Positions 13,071 through 63,750 are shown, counted from the first letter of the stretch. The stretch is 64,000 bases of DNA from Amoebidium appalachense (GCA_963693365.1 CAVNZM010000016.1:6183029-6247028), one strand, 5' to 3'. Notes: generated by a model from the sequence alone, not told the origin. Numbers and translations are program-made.

Positions 13071-13762
13071 AAATGTCCTAAGGAATTTATTTAAAGTAGA
13101 CTGTACATGTAATTACACTGTGTGTAAGTAGTAATGGTGAGCTGGTAGCACTATAAAACGAAGTATTAGCTTTAGCCGTTTAGCTGTATCAAAGCACTAG
13201 ACCGACTCCCCTGGCTGCTAATAATCGATACGAGGTATTGATAGTGTTAAAGCCTTGGCCCGAAAGTAATCCGTGAAAGTTTTAGGTGGGACTGTAATCC
13301 GTGATGTATTTTTAGGTGCACGTGGGACTAGTACTTGAATCTAGTTGCACTGAATGATTTAACCGATGTGAGATTGAATGTACTTGGCATTGAAATGTAC
13401 AACATCCTTGTGCTTTTGGCAAACAATAAAAGCACACAATTGTGGTTCAAAATAATCGTAAATTGTAGCCCCGAAACGCTACCACGTCCACCCCCCATCA
13501 GCCCATGTTGCATAAACTCCACATACATATGCATACGCACATGTGTACACAGCCTCCACACCCTGACAAGTGAACGAATGTGCACACGTAGTCGCACCCA
13601 CATTCGCATCTCTTGGGTTCAATTCGTGCTCAGGTTGAGGCTTAGCCAACCCCGGGATAAGGTAGTTTGGTCAATGCACACACACGCACAAAAAAAAGGA
13701 AGAAAGAAAAAAAAAAAAAAAGGAAGAAGAAAAAAAGGATGGGTGGGCGGTGGTGGAGGACC

Positions 13763-13830
<68 letters not shown>

Positions 13831-13890
13831 GCGTGCGTGCGTGCGTGCGTGCGTGTTTGTGTGTGTGTGTGTGTGTGCGTGTGTGTGTGC

Positions 13891-13922
<32 letters not shown>

Positions 13923-13937
13923 ACATGTGTGCGTGCG

Positions 13938-14000
<63 letters not shown>

Positions 14001-14123
14001 ATGGTGTTGGTGGGGGGTTGGGGTGGGATGGGAAACACGATAAGGCTTCATAAGGAAAAAAAAAAGGGGGAGGGGGGAGGGGAAGATAGAGAGAGGGGGG
14101 AAAGGGAGGAAGGGTGGGGGGGG

Positions 14124-14157
<34 letters not shown>

Positions 14158-14603
14158 TGGGGTGGGGGCGAGGAGGAGGAGGAGGGGGGGGGAGGGGGGG
14201 GAGGAAGCGGAAAAAAATTACGAAGACGCAGGAAAGCACATACTGGCACCACCCACACAGCTGACATACACACACAAAAAACCACAAAATTGGCACCAGC
14301 AAAAATAGTGATAAAATACAGTTACATGTACGTAGTACAGGGCAAAAATACTCATCTTCTATACAAATTGTACTCGCGCACACTTCGATAAATTATGCAT
14401 GCACATACAGATATGCCAAGACTGTAGTTGTAATATTACTGATCAGCTAAGTAGGCTATTGAGTTATCCGATGCCAGTTTCTCCATGTTTACACGTGTTC
14501 AAGAGCTTTGCTTGCGGTCTGTGAACACAGCAGTGCCCCTAAAATATTCTTTTGGCGCTAAATATACCAGAAAGTACAAACACCAGGCACAAGTGCCCGG
14601 TGA

Positions 14604-14642
<39 letters not shown>

Positions 14643-14798
14643 CTCCCCCCCCAAAAAGAAAAAAAAAAAAAAAATACAAACAAACAAAAAAAACAAAACA
14701 AAACAAAAAAACACCACATAGCTTTGATATTCCCAATCGGTTGTCTACAATGTGGATAGGGCGACATGTACACACGCAAGTAGAGTGCAGGGACATGA

Positions 14799-14859
<61 letters not shown>

Positions 14860-14936
14860 CTTGTGCGCAAATGTTTGTCTGTGTCACATTCGTATGCCTA
14901 ACCACACCAGCTTTTCTACAAAGTGTCATGCAATCC

Positions 14937-14967
<31 letters not shown>

Positions 14968-14981
14968 AAACAACGATTGTT

Positions 14982-15115
14982 TCAACTTACACCCCCAATC
15001 TTCAAACCTACACACCCTATTGTTTCCACTTAGATAGATATCCTATTCTATCAACTTACACACCCAATCATTTCAAATTACACATTCTATCCTATCTTAT
15101 TAACTTACATACCCC
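14982..15115. repeat. Degenerate minisatellite
   Basis: Recurring TCAACTTACAC(A)CCCAATC and TTCAAA..TACAC units. Confidence 0.55.
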
Positions 15116-15160
15116 TTGCCATTACCCCACGGCCTTACATCATTCTGATCGGTACCAGAA

Positions 15161-28747
<13,587 letters not shown>

Positions 28748-29980
28748 GTTGACTGTTTACATCCTAACATTGGAAAGAAGGTTACCCGCGCGCAGAGGTT
28801 TGGAGTGCATTACGCACTCATGGCAAGGTTCTAAACGTGCTATCCCGAGCTACAACCAAATCATCAAGGCTTTCAAACCTTTCTCGAGACAGCCTGCTAA
28901 TTCACTGGTCAACAGTAAACCCCCCTCCCAAATCTATCTCTCCCCTGGCAGCTTATCTGTTCTGCCTGTCTCGGAGATGGCGCGCAGATAATGAAAGACC
29001 AATAAGATCACCACCACGAGCACCATAAAGCGTAATATGTTTGACATTTGTATTGGTCACCTGTCAGTTGCCGGCCTCTGCCCTTCCCGGACCTTGTTGA
29101 CCGTTTAAAAGGCCCGAGCAACTTCTATGATAAACATATGTATATAATATTGCTATTGCAGCAACCGGTGCAAAAATATGAATTCCCTGCCATCATCTTT
29201 CTGTATACGATATACTCTGTATGTAGGTACATATATTAGATATTACAGTAGTGCAACCGTGTACACTTCCGATACATGGTCCCTTTGAAACTAAGTAGAT
29301 GGCAAATCATGCGTGATGCAAAAGCATCCAATGACATTCTGATTTCGCACATCCCCACAAACCCGTTACGGGTTCATGAAAGACGCACATTCTCATCTGT
29401 CTAATTGTTAGAATTTGAGCTTGAGACAGTCAAACTGAGCCTTTTCGTACATTAGTCTTTGGGATTTTCCTTATTTTATATAAAACAAATAAAGTATTTA
29501 CCTTAATTCCTAATATGAGATAAATAATGCTTAGAAAAATGCTGCAAAACAATTTACTTATCTGCTTGATCAAGTTACATCCCTCCCTTCTAATGTGTTG
29601 GGAGATTACTGGGGGAAATGTTTTCCAATCAAATGCCGGCGTGCACACAAGCTTTTCGAGCCAAAAGGTGTGATACTGATCGCTGCCAAGCCCGAAAACT
29701 TTCGGCTTTTGAAAACAAAACACTAGAAACAGCAACGTTAGAAACGGTGGTCGAAAGCGAAAAACCTGTCCAAAAAAGGGAGAAAGGGCATGGAGTTTGA
29801 ATTTTTCCTCCTTCTATTGAAGCTTTGCAAGGGTTTTACTCTTGCCATCCAGGGCCTACAGAGTGGGGACAATGAACGTGTGATCTACAAATAAGGCTGT
29901 CAAGGTTAGGAGTATCCAACTTCGTGTTTTTTCTTCGAAAAAGCCAATAGTTTAGTCATCCGCCCGTAAATCGCACAAGA

Positions 29981-52584
<22,604 letters not shown>

Positions 52585-53547
52585 CTTTAAATGACAAAAA
52601 AGTTTTGTGTATGTTGATATATAGTTTGAAGTATTGCTGATTGCGCGTGTGCATGAACAAAATTTGGGGGGTGTAGTCAGGGTATTAAAACTAAAATGGT
52701 TTAATGTGTGTGTGGCCAAACAAGCCTTTCAATGGCCTTCGGGCTGCCTTATGAGTTTTAAAGAAATCATTTACCTATTTCATTTCCTATTTAGCTAGTA
52801 TCTGGGCTTCAGTCAGTGAATGGTGTGTGAATGTGTGTGTGTGTGTGTGCCCGACGTGCGCGCACGTGTGTGCATGTGTGCGCCGCGTGTCTGTGTAAGT
52901 ATATGTACGTGTGCGTGTACGTAATGTGTGTGTGCGCCCGTGCACGCATGCTGATGTCTGTGTGTATGTTTGTGTGTGTTGGACCAACGATAGATGGAGT
53001 TTTGGTGCGACTTCGGCTGCAAAAATGATCATTAGCTTCACAAGACCGCATAAATCAATTCTATAAATCAAACTTAATGTTTAGTTTTAAAACCCTTAAA
53101 CTTAAATCACTGTGATGTGATAGGTAGTGCACACATTATTGAAATGGAAGCAAGGCATACCAGGCCACTAGCCACTACCCGGTATGCATTGGGCGAATCG
53201 ATCTGATCAATATGCTGATGAATTATCTTTAAAGCCCATGTCAAAATACGGCTCCCCTGACTATCGCACGCGAGGCAAAAAAAGGAAGACCTATGACAGC
53301 TTTTGGGGGGGGGTGGGGAGAGGGGGAATCATTGCTCGTTGTGAATAAACTGTTATGATACACGAAGAGACACTGTCAGACAGATATACACTCTCCCGAC
53401 AGCTCTCTGTCCGCCCCTCCCTAGGCCTCCGTCCTTATCTCTCTCTCCCCCTCCGTCCCTCCCTCCCTCCCTCAAGGTCCCTCCCTCCCTCGCTCCCTCC
53501 CTCCCTCCCTCCCTCCCTCCCCCCCCCCCCTCCCCTCTCTCTCTCTT

Positions 53548-53586
<39 letters not shown>

Positions 53587-53787
53587 TCAAAGTGCTTGTT
53601 CAACTATCTCTTGCCGGTTTCCCACCACTACCACCACCACCACCAACAATCCCACAAACAATATGGCCGTACCTTGCGGGATTACACGGATCCAGTATTG
53701 ACTGTAATGTTTTGGTCACTGTTGGAGGCACTTACTAACGACCAATTCCGGGATTAAGGATTTAATTAGCAGCCACGGGGAGGGCAC

Positions 53788-54166
53788 AACCACATCGGCA
53801 GAGTCATTTTTTTATGGCAGAATGATTAATGAATATTCTGCAAAAAAAACAGAATTTGCAAAAAGCAGAATTATCCTGCATTGAAGCAGAAATATCACTC
53901 TGCTTTCAGCAGAACTATTCTGCATTTAGCAGAATTATTCGGCGAATAATTCTGCCTAGACGCAGAATTACTCCGCAAAAAGCAGAATTATTCTGCTTTC
54001 CACACCGAAGAACTCTGCTTATATCCAGAATAATTCTGCTTTTTGGCAGGATAATTCTGCTTTTAGCATTGATTCTGCTGTTTGCGGAACAATTCTGCTT
54101 TCTGCAGAATAATCCTGTTCGGAGCAAGTTGACTCAGCCATTATGTGGTTATCGGTTCCCGGGAAC
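53788..54166. mobile_element. Non-autonomous foldback-like element with a GCAGAAT/ATTCTGC motif array
   Basis: Imperfect TIRs AACCACAT-C-GGCAGAGTCA and TGACTCAGCC-ATT-ATGTGGTT. Many internal GCAGAAT and ATTCTGC motifs. Palindrome GTTCCCGGGAAC at 54155-54166. Confidence 0.65.
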
Positions 54167-54188
54167 GAGCATATACGTATTTCGTATT

Positions 54189-54234
<46 letters not shown>

Positions 54235-54589
54235 TGGTAAGGGGCGTGCAAAAGGGGAATGTATCAGAGGATTGCATCAAGACAAACGAGTTTGCAAACG
54301 ATGTTTAACAACAAAGTTTCACCTTTAAGAATATTAGTTGGAATTCAGAAAAACACGCCCCTGTTATAAAAAGACGCATGCGGCTTTTCAAAAGACCTGT
54401 GAGTGAAGCCTTCGTACGGCACATATGATACACTTGACTACATAATCGTTTGTTGCATTGGTCCTCAATTGAGGCCCTAGAAGTTGTCTTTTATTGTCTC
54501 GTCACAGACGGTTCAAATTAGAACTAACTAATGAGTCATAATATCCACCAACTACTAATATACGGACCCAGTAGGATATAGTAGCTACT

Positions 54590-55510
54590 TTAATTTGAAG
54601 ACTCGACGGCCGGGACGTCAACATTAACGTGAGATCCCCTCGGAGCAGGCTCGTCCTCACCAACCACCGTCTTCACCTTCATTGCTGTATTGGCACCAGT
54701 GTCTTCAATATCCGCGATGTGGGTCTCCTCGGGATCTACAAGGAAGTACGCAGGGAGGTAGTGGAGTGCCGCCCCCAGAGGCCCACCAACCATGGGGCCA
54801 ACAAAGAAAATCCAATAGTCGCTGAAGTTGCCAGCATACACGGCCGCGGCAAAACTACGGGCGGGGTTGATGCCACAGTTTGTGACGGGAATAAGAACAA
54901 GGTGAGCGAGAAGAACAGAGAGACCGATGGCAAGTGGGGCCATAAAGGGTGCACGTCCGTTGGGCTCATTGGCTTTGGGGTCGACCGCCATGGCAAAAAC
55001 GGTGAAGGTGAGGATGGCAGTGCCAAAAACTTCAAGGAGGAAACCCTGCGCGGTGCTTACGTCCGGAGAAAGCTGGTTCAGCGCAAAGTTACCGTGGCGG
55101 CGAGATGGATAAAGAGCAGAAACGAAACCAACACCAACCGTTGCACCGGCAAACTGGGCGATGATGTAGAGAACAGCCTTGATGATGTTGTGTTTGCCAA
55201 ACACGGTGAGCGCGCAGGTGACCGCCGGGTTGAGGTGACCGCCGCTGGTCGGGCCGGTGCAGTAAACCAATACGGCGATGGAAATACCGAAGGTAAACGC
55301 GTAGACGTACTTGTCGGCGGCAGCTACAGGTGTGACTAGCTGGCCGTTTGCAGGAGTCACGGTGGATTGGTAGCCCGGCACCATCACCTCGGAGGACACA
55401 ACGGTTCCTACGGTGATGAACAGGAAAAACATTATGCCGACGAACTCGGCAACAAGGGAGCGGATGAACCGCTTCGAGGTCAGGTCTTTGGGCACGCTGA
55501 TGTCTACCAT
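54590..55510 (-). CDS. Aquaporin (MIP family), single exon, 306 aa
   Basis: Motifs AEFVG, SGGHLNPAVT, LEVFGT, PLAIG and NCGINPARSF, with hydrophobic segments consistent with six TM helices. Confidence 0.97.
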   Translation of the reverse strand: MVDISVPKDLTSKRFIRSLVAEFVGIMFFLFITVGTVVSSEVMVPGYQSTVTPANGQLVTPVAAADKYVYAFTFGISIAVLVYCTGPTSGGHLNPAVTCALTVFGKHNIIKAVLYIIAQFAGATVGVGFVSALYPSRRHGNFALNQLSPDVSTAQGFLLEVFGTAILTFTVFAMAVDPKANEPNGRAPFMAPLAIGLSVLLAHLVLIPVTNCGINPARSFAAAVYAGNFSDYWIFFVGPMVGGPLGAALHYLPAYFLVDPEETHIADIEDTGANTAMKVKTVVGEDEPAPRGSHVNVDVPAVESSN

Positions 55511-55611
55511 GTTTGCGTTTAGCCTTTAAGCGGCGCTTGCAGATACCGAAAAACTACTGAAGAAGGATTCAAGCTTGCGCTGTTTAGTGTGAATGATGAG
55601 TGCCTCAAACC

Positions 55612-55735
55612 ACGTGTATTTATATACCAAGAGGCTGCATTCCACGAAGAAAGCCAACGTTGCGATTGGATTGGTATGATTGCGATTTGATTGGTCTCAA
55701 CATTGGAGAATTCGGATTGGTTCTAAAATTCCAAT
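55612..55735 (-). promoter_or_regulatory. Aquaporin promoter: TATA box and clustered CCAAT boxes
   Basis: TATATAAATAC on the minus strand at ~55616-55626, and five ATTGG (CCAAT on minus) between ~55665 and 55720. Confidence 0.6.
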
Positions 55736-56409
55736 AAACTACCGACTTTTTATCATGCACATGATATCGAATTCATTGCACTGATCCGCGCCACCGCGGT
55801 TTTGTGTGTATATTCATATAAACATCTGCGCCGTTCTTTTGATTTACTTTTTTGGATAAACTTAGTTTGCACACGTTCCTCGGTTCCCGGTCACCGACTG
55901 ACCGCGCAGCCGGTCCGCACAACTCCGTTCAGCCGTATCATATGAAATTGTCAGCTGCAACGTGAAGTGCGGTTGTCCAACAAATTTCGGTTAACAGTAT
56001 AACCAATGATATTTGAGGATCTTTTATCAGTGTGAACCACCGTCACCGTGATCGCATGACAGGCCGCACCTGTGCTGTATCAACTACGATATACGTACAA
56101 CTGGGGCTTCTAGCCTCCTAGGTGACGACAAAGAGATAATAAAACTGTTTTCAAGGAATGTTGCTTGTTACCTACCCGTGCCTCACCGTGACACCGTGCA
56201 GTTTACAAGTGCAACGATCACTTTTGCGGCGCTCCTACCCGGCGCGCCGCAGTCACGCAAGTCCGGGCACGTGTGTGGGCCTTGGTCGACCGAACCACGG
56301 TGACTACAATAATAACATTGCCGGGGTGGAGGCTGGAGCGAGTTGTCAGTATACGATAAATGCAACTAGCGACCCTACGCCCAAGGGAACCATGGGGTGA
56401 GTGGGTGGT

Positions 56410-56452
<43 letters not shown>

Positions 56453-56515
56453 TCGATATCGAGGGGGGAAGGTTCCCCAGGCTGAGTCCGACTGCTGCCT
56501 CTATTTCTCCCTCTT

Positions 56516-56546
<31 letters not shown>

Positions 56547-56961
56547 TTGTACACCAGTTCCCCTCCCCCCCCCCCCCCCCCTTTCTCCCCCTTTCCCTTC
56601 CGCTACACCTAGAGCCTTCGCCCTCTTTCCCCTTGGGGGGGGGTGTCCTTACTAAGCCTAGCAGAGAGAGCCCTAGATCGATCTATTCCTTGCCACTTCG
56701 AATTCCATTCATCGCCCCCCCCCTCCCCCCTCCCCCCCCCCGCCCCCTCCCCCCCTTCCCCTCCCCTTTCTCTGAGCCTTTCCAAGCCTCCCCCTCCTAT
56801 CTCTTATACTTATATTTTCTCTCACCGTCTCTCCCTCCCTCCGTCCTTCCCCGGGCCGGATCCCCCATGGTCTGGATCTCTCTCCGGACTCCCTAGATCT
56901 CCCTCCCCCCACCCCCGCCCTCCCCCCCCCCCCCCCCCCCGGCCTCTCTCTCTCTCTCTCT

Positions 56962-57019
<58 letters not shown>

Positions 57020-57054
57020 ACTCTGAGACTCTCTCTGTCCCTCTCTCTTTCCCA

Positions 57055-57365
57055 GCTGGGTTTCGGTCGTTGCTTTGCACCGGGGGCATGCCGAGGATGG
57101 GTACTGCTTGGGGTGGTCCCATTGTAGTATTGCATGGTTGGTAGGAGGCCTATGGCCATCTTGAATCGACGGGCCGTCTGGTGCTCTTGGGCTGGGTTGC
57201 AGTGCATTCGGTTGGTGGCCAGTGTTAGATTACTGTACGTCTCTCCTTGGTGATGATCCTGAGGGAGGGGAGCTGACTGGCCCACGTTGTGTTGTAGTTG
57301 TGGCCCAATTGTCGGAGGGTGGTGGGTAGGCCGCCTGGCACGAAGTTGTGTTGAATGGTCTGTAG
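57055..57365 (-). mobile_element. Degenerate LINE ORF2 C-terminal (zf-RVT-like) fragment
   Basis: Minus-strand translation RFKMAIGLLPTMQY, then a frameshift, then QWDHPKQYPSSACPRCKATTETQL. This matches the LPT...CxxC...ET pattern found after LINE RT domains. Confidence 0.55.
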
Positions 57366-58786
57366 GTGCTGGGGGGTGGTGGGGGCCCGGGGAAGGGGGT
57401 AGGGGTATTACTCTATTTCTCTGCCTTTCCGAGCTTTCACCTCATACCTCCCCCCCACCTATAGCTCCCCTCCCGGCATAGGTGAACCCGATTTATATAA
57501 CATATTTGTGATCATGAACCACCCCTGCGATCCTGCTGATCGCGTGTTCGTGTTTGTATCGGTGTTCCAGGGTCAAGTGTATGATATTGCAATATGATGT
57601 GGGTCAGACTGTGTCACTCAGCAGCTGCAGCGTGGCGCGGCGCACTGCCTGTATAAGCCTGTATGTGGTTTCACCCGCGGGGATGTGTGGGCTGAAGTCC
57701 CCCCCCCCCCCCCCGGCTCCTCCTCCTCTTTCTCCTCCTTGCCCGGCCCCGACTGTAGTCAGCTTGCACTCCCTTGCTCTCTCTTTCTCTCTCTGGGTTT
57801 CTTTTTCTCTTCTATCTTTCTTTATCCTTTCCTGATCCATCCCCGGCCCCGGCAAGTCCCTCTCTCTATCGAAACCTTGTGTTCCCTTTCTACTAAGGAC
57901 CTTCATATCCATGCGAGCCTTCAGTTGCATATTCAATAGGAACGTAAAATTGCAGCTGGTTGCTCCCCCCCCCCCCCCCCCCCCCTCCCCACCCACCCAC
58001 CCAGCACCACCACCACCACACACACACACACACTCGCACACGCACCCCTGTGTAATCAAATTCGGTGGCAACGGGGAGATGAAATGTGTCGCCGGGGCTG
58101 TCACAGTATAAATTATATTAGTTGGCTTACACACATATCAATAGTGGCCTATTACTTTGTATGTTGGTCAGAACAGGCCAAGCAAATAGCCAGTCAAAAG
58201 CGGCACATTCATCGAATAATTCATCTGATTTTACTGGTTGTGCCGGATTTCCGGAATCCTATGGGCAATTTTTTGGGACGAACCGTGCGGAAGCCTAGTT
58301 CGTGTTATAAGATCTCCTACATTTTCAAAATCTGGTTCTAGCCACATTTGAAGCACCCGTGAAAAATCTACCATCGTAAGATCTATGCTCAACCCATTTG
58401 TACGAATATGTACAACAAATACACCGGACATCAAAGAAAAAGAGAGGAAAAAACACACCAGAAATTTAGCCTGATTCTTTCCGTTTCGTTTTTCCCCCCC
58501 CACCCACCCATTGCGAGCTACTGCGACATGCATCCGCCCCCACCCATTCTACATACTGGAACATACATGCAAAGACCACCACAAGACAAGTGTTAGAGCG
58601 GGTGGAATGAAAAAAACGTGAAAAAACGACACTGCATACCGGAAAAACTGTGTGTGTGCCGTCACGTGTGGGCTTCCCAGTTGGGGGGGAGAGGGGGGGG
58701 AAGGGGCGGGGGCTGAAGAAGTGCAGGCCTTGTCACTAATCACATACAGGTGCTGGTCACATCTCTAGCTGTAGCCTTGTGTGCAG

Positions 58787-59859
58787 CTATCGGTGCATAA
58801 CGAAAGTATCTGTGAGGGAGGAATGAAAGATTAGAGTGTGGAATGAATAGGTCTTTGAAGGGGGGAGGGGGGCAAGGGGGGGAGGGGGGGGCAGGGTAGA
58901 ATGTCGAAGATGGCACAAAGTACGATAACAGGGGGTGGAGGGGTGGTGGTGGGGTGGACGGGAGGCGGGGGTGATTGTGTGCGTGCGCGCGTATGTGGGT
59001 GTATGTGCATGTGCATGTGCGTGTGCATGTGCGTGTGCGTGTGTGTGCGGGCGCAAACATAGATCATACTATAGCCGATGAACTCGGCCCTTTGTAATTT
59101 GGTCTATACCGTACTAGCACGGGTTTACTGTTTGCTGCTGCATCATGGGAAGGATAGCACAATGCTTACTCGTGTGTGGGTTTTCCTGACTGTAAGTATC
59201 CCCGTGTGTGACTGTACGTATTTGGGTGTGAGTCAATGTATATCCTCAGTCATGCATGCCCTTCTGAGGTGCGCTTGTCCACGTCAACTTGATGTGCATC
59301 AATGGGAGGGTTGGTTGGATGGGTGGGGGGGGTAGGCCGAAATGGAGAAAAGAAGCAGATAATACTTCCCCCTGCCAGTTAAATATATATATATATATAT
59401 ATATATATAACCTCCGCACCTATCGTGGATGAACGGGAGGAGAGGTGAGGTAGGAAGGAAGGAAGGAAAGAGGAAGGGAGCGCGGGGAGAGGGAGGGAGG
59501 GGGGGGGGGGGGGGGGTGTATGCGTTAGAGGGTTGGAAATATGGAGGAGACAACAAAGAGCAACAACAAAACGTCACAAAAGTGGGAAATCCAAAATTAA
59601 ACAATTCAAGCGTGCAGGCAGAAGACACTTGAACAGAGGGGGGAAGGGGGGGAGAGGGGGGGGGCATATACCGATCACTGCTGTGAATGCTGCAAACCCT
59701 GCACAGCCTCCCAAGGCTGCTTTGCCCCCTGCCCGGAACCCAAAGGCTGCCCCCGTAACACAGCCGGATATCAGCCCATTCATGGTATCTGTCTTGCCAC
59801 GGTACGTCTCCACTGCACACTGTGTGGGTGTGTGTGTGTGTGTGTATAGAGGGGGGGGG

Positions 59860-59926
<67 letters not shown>

Positions 59927-60023
59927 GTGAGCGTGAGTATGTGTGTCGGTTGTGTTTTGTATGCGTGTATGTGTGTAACCACACACGCATGTGTGTGTGT
60001 ATGTGCGTGTTGATGGCGTGTAT

Positions 60024-60073
<50 letters not shown>

Positions 60074-60314
60074 AATTGTGTCAGTGAAAGCATGGCATCC
60101 CCCGGGGGGGGGGGGGGGGGGGGACAGAGGATGAGTTTGTAACAAACTAGTAAAATTGCCAACACTTGCATGCAATGGAAAGATTGAGTCTTCCCATCCA
60201 TTTGACATCTTTTCATTTGGAGGAATTGTCGGGGGGAAGCAATGGGTGAAAGGGTAGAGGAGGTATCAGTGGGGTCAAGTTGCATACTAGCTCACAGGCG
60301 CGCGCGCGCGCGTG

Positions 60315-60358
<44 letters not shown>

Positions 60359-60401
60359 AGAAGGGGTGCACAACCCATCATCCTTCCCCTTTCCACCCCC
60401 C

Positions 60402-60434
<33 letters not shown>

Positions 60435-60829
60435 ACCCACCCACCCACCGCCCCGAGCAAAAAAAAGGACATAATATGAAACAACAACAAAACAACGGTA
60501 AATCAACCCCCAAACCTAATGTTACCCAGTGCCCCCCATACACATGCAAGCTCCCCACACACATCTACATGGTTGCATTGATTAACCAACCCCCCCCCCC
60601 CCCCCCCCCCCCTCCCCCCACCACCACCTCCCCTCCCCCAAACCACCCATCCCCCTCAAAATACACATGGGCACGCACAAACACACACGTACACCCACCC
60701 AACCCCGACCCACCCACCCCCCCATCCCCCCACCCACGCTCCCCTCCCTCCCCCCACCCACACACCCTCCCCCCACCTCCCCCCCCCCAACACAAACAAA
60801 CACACACAACATATACACACACACTCTCT

Positions 60830-60879
<50 letters not shown>

Positions 60880-61159
60880 TCCCCCCCCCCCCCCCCTCCC
60901 TCCCAAACACACACACACACACCTCTGTGCCTGCGAATATGCCACCCACGATAGCAAAGTTCTTGCCCATGCTGTAACTGCGCTTGCCCATATCCCTCAA
61001 CACATCACGTGCGCGGAGATTTGTGTTTTCCACCGGGTCGAAGCTGCCACCAATCAAACCGAACACACCACCAAGTGCAAACCCTGTGTAATCGTCCGGT
61101 TAGATAAAAAAAATAACAACCAACCGATCCCTCCCCCCCCCCCCCCCCCCCCCCCAATA

Positions 61160-61193
<34 letters not shown>

Positions 61194-61777
61194 GTGTGTG
61201 TGTGTGTGTGTGTGTATAAAAGGAGAGAGTGGAGGGGTCCTAGTGTACACGGGCTCATTTCCCGCTTACACTTGCTCTTGCCCCAAAAGATATATAATCA
61301 GCCCCTCCCGCCTTCACCTCCATCTTGCTATTGTTCATGTTTTCACATGTTCCTATTTCGAATACTGTTAAGTACATTCTCCCTTCTTTCTCCTGCACGT
61401 TTGCTCCTGTAAATTTATCACTTTATAGATTCATCACAATAGGCGCCAGGGATATAGAGATCGACAAACCTCCCTCTCGTGCACACTCACACTACACACA
61501 CACATTACACACACACACACACACACCCACGCACGCACACAAGTCAATCACTTTCTTCTTATTGATTAAAAGAGTCACAGACTACAGTAGCTAAGAAGCA
61601 CTAGAAATTTACATCCAAACACAATATATTGTTAAGTTCCAAGCACCTACCCATTACTCCGCTAATAATAGACTTTGCCGGGCAGCTCTCCCACACTGTC
61701 TGTGCAATGATCACTTCCTTTGGCTGCCCCTGCCCAACTAGCAGACCCGCATTCTCGCGCAGAGACGGGAGCTGCAT
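58787..61777 (-). CDS. TIM22: Mitochondrial inner membrane translocase subunit Tim22
   Basis: Exons 61777-61651, 61083-60923, 59819-59672 and 58809-58787 join in phase (152 aa): ESCPAKSIISGVMG|FALGGVFG...DMGKRSYSMGKNFAIVGGIFAGTE|CAVETYRGKTD..NGLISGCVTGAAFGFRAGGKAALGGCAGFAAFTAVI|DTFVMHR. An extra 5' exon is possible. Confidence 0.92.
58897..58930 (-). repeat. Short repeat family, 3' tip, copy G (Tim22 intron)
   Basis: Reverse complement reads CGTACTTTGTGCCATCTTCGACATTCTA plus a C-rich tail. Confidence 0.45.
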
Positions 61778-62027
61778 GGAAACAGGTGGTCAACATGACG
61801 GTAAAGACGGGGAGAGGGAGAGAAGAGGGGGAAGGGGCGGAGCTTTGGGGGGGGGGGGGGGGGGGGGGAGGGGGGGGGGGGAGGGTAGGGGTTAGAGTCG
61901 CTAGAGAAAACGAAAAACACATTCCCAATGGACAGCACAATACCGATTTTGCAAAAGAGAGTCATGCCAAGATGATGCATGATTAGTGAGCCTATCCAGA
62001 GGAGGAGGGGGGAGGGGGGGGGGGGGG

Positions 62028-62137
62028 TTTTGAATGCGTCAAAAAGTACGAAGTACACAAGAACAAACGGATAACACGATGCAGAATGCAAGCCATACAT
62101 AAAGAGTATGCATAATAAGCAGAGCCCATCCTCAGGG
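62028..62137 (-). repeat. Dispersed hairpin/poly(C)-tailed short repeat, copy H
   Basis: One difference from 17289-17398. C runs flank both sides in element orientation. Confidence 0.9.
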
Positions 62138-62513
62138 GGGGCCCACGTCATCCACAGTACCCGAGTTTCGACCTATTCCCCTCGTTAACGAAACCCAACT
62201 CAGATACTGTTTCACTTGAACATGAGTAGGTCACCCGTCTTGATCAGAGACGAGCAGGGTTGCTTATGCAGGCAAGGGCAGTGGGAAAGGCCGGGGGTTA
62301 AAGTTGCAGCAGTAAGCAGAAGCAAGAAAAATATAGATAGGAACTCAGGAGACGGGGCTTCTAGGAAGCTCCCCCGTCGATACCTAAGTCGATACTTCCC
62401 TGGCTAACATACTACACCAGCTGAAAAGAATTAAGTCCCGAAGGCCACAGAATTCGTAATCAGAGGGGAAAATATGAGATTTGACCCACGCCGCAGGGTA
62501 GTAACACGCTTAC

Positions 62514-63750
<1,237 letters not shown>

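Noticed and set aside
54629-55339. 236-aa plus-strand ORF
   Set aside because: Antisense shadow of the aquaporin.
62028-62137. Solo LTR reading (TG...CA ends) or H/ACA snoRNA reading of the short repeat family
   Set aside because: There is no consistent 4-6 bp TSD and the copies are 5'-truncated. Most copies have GCA rather than ACA, and there is no clear H box.
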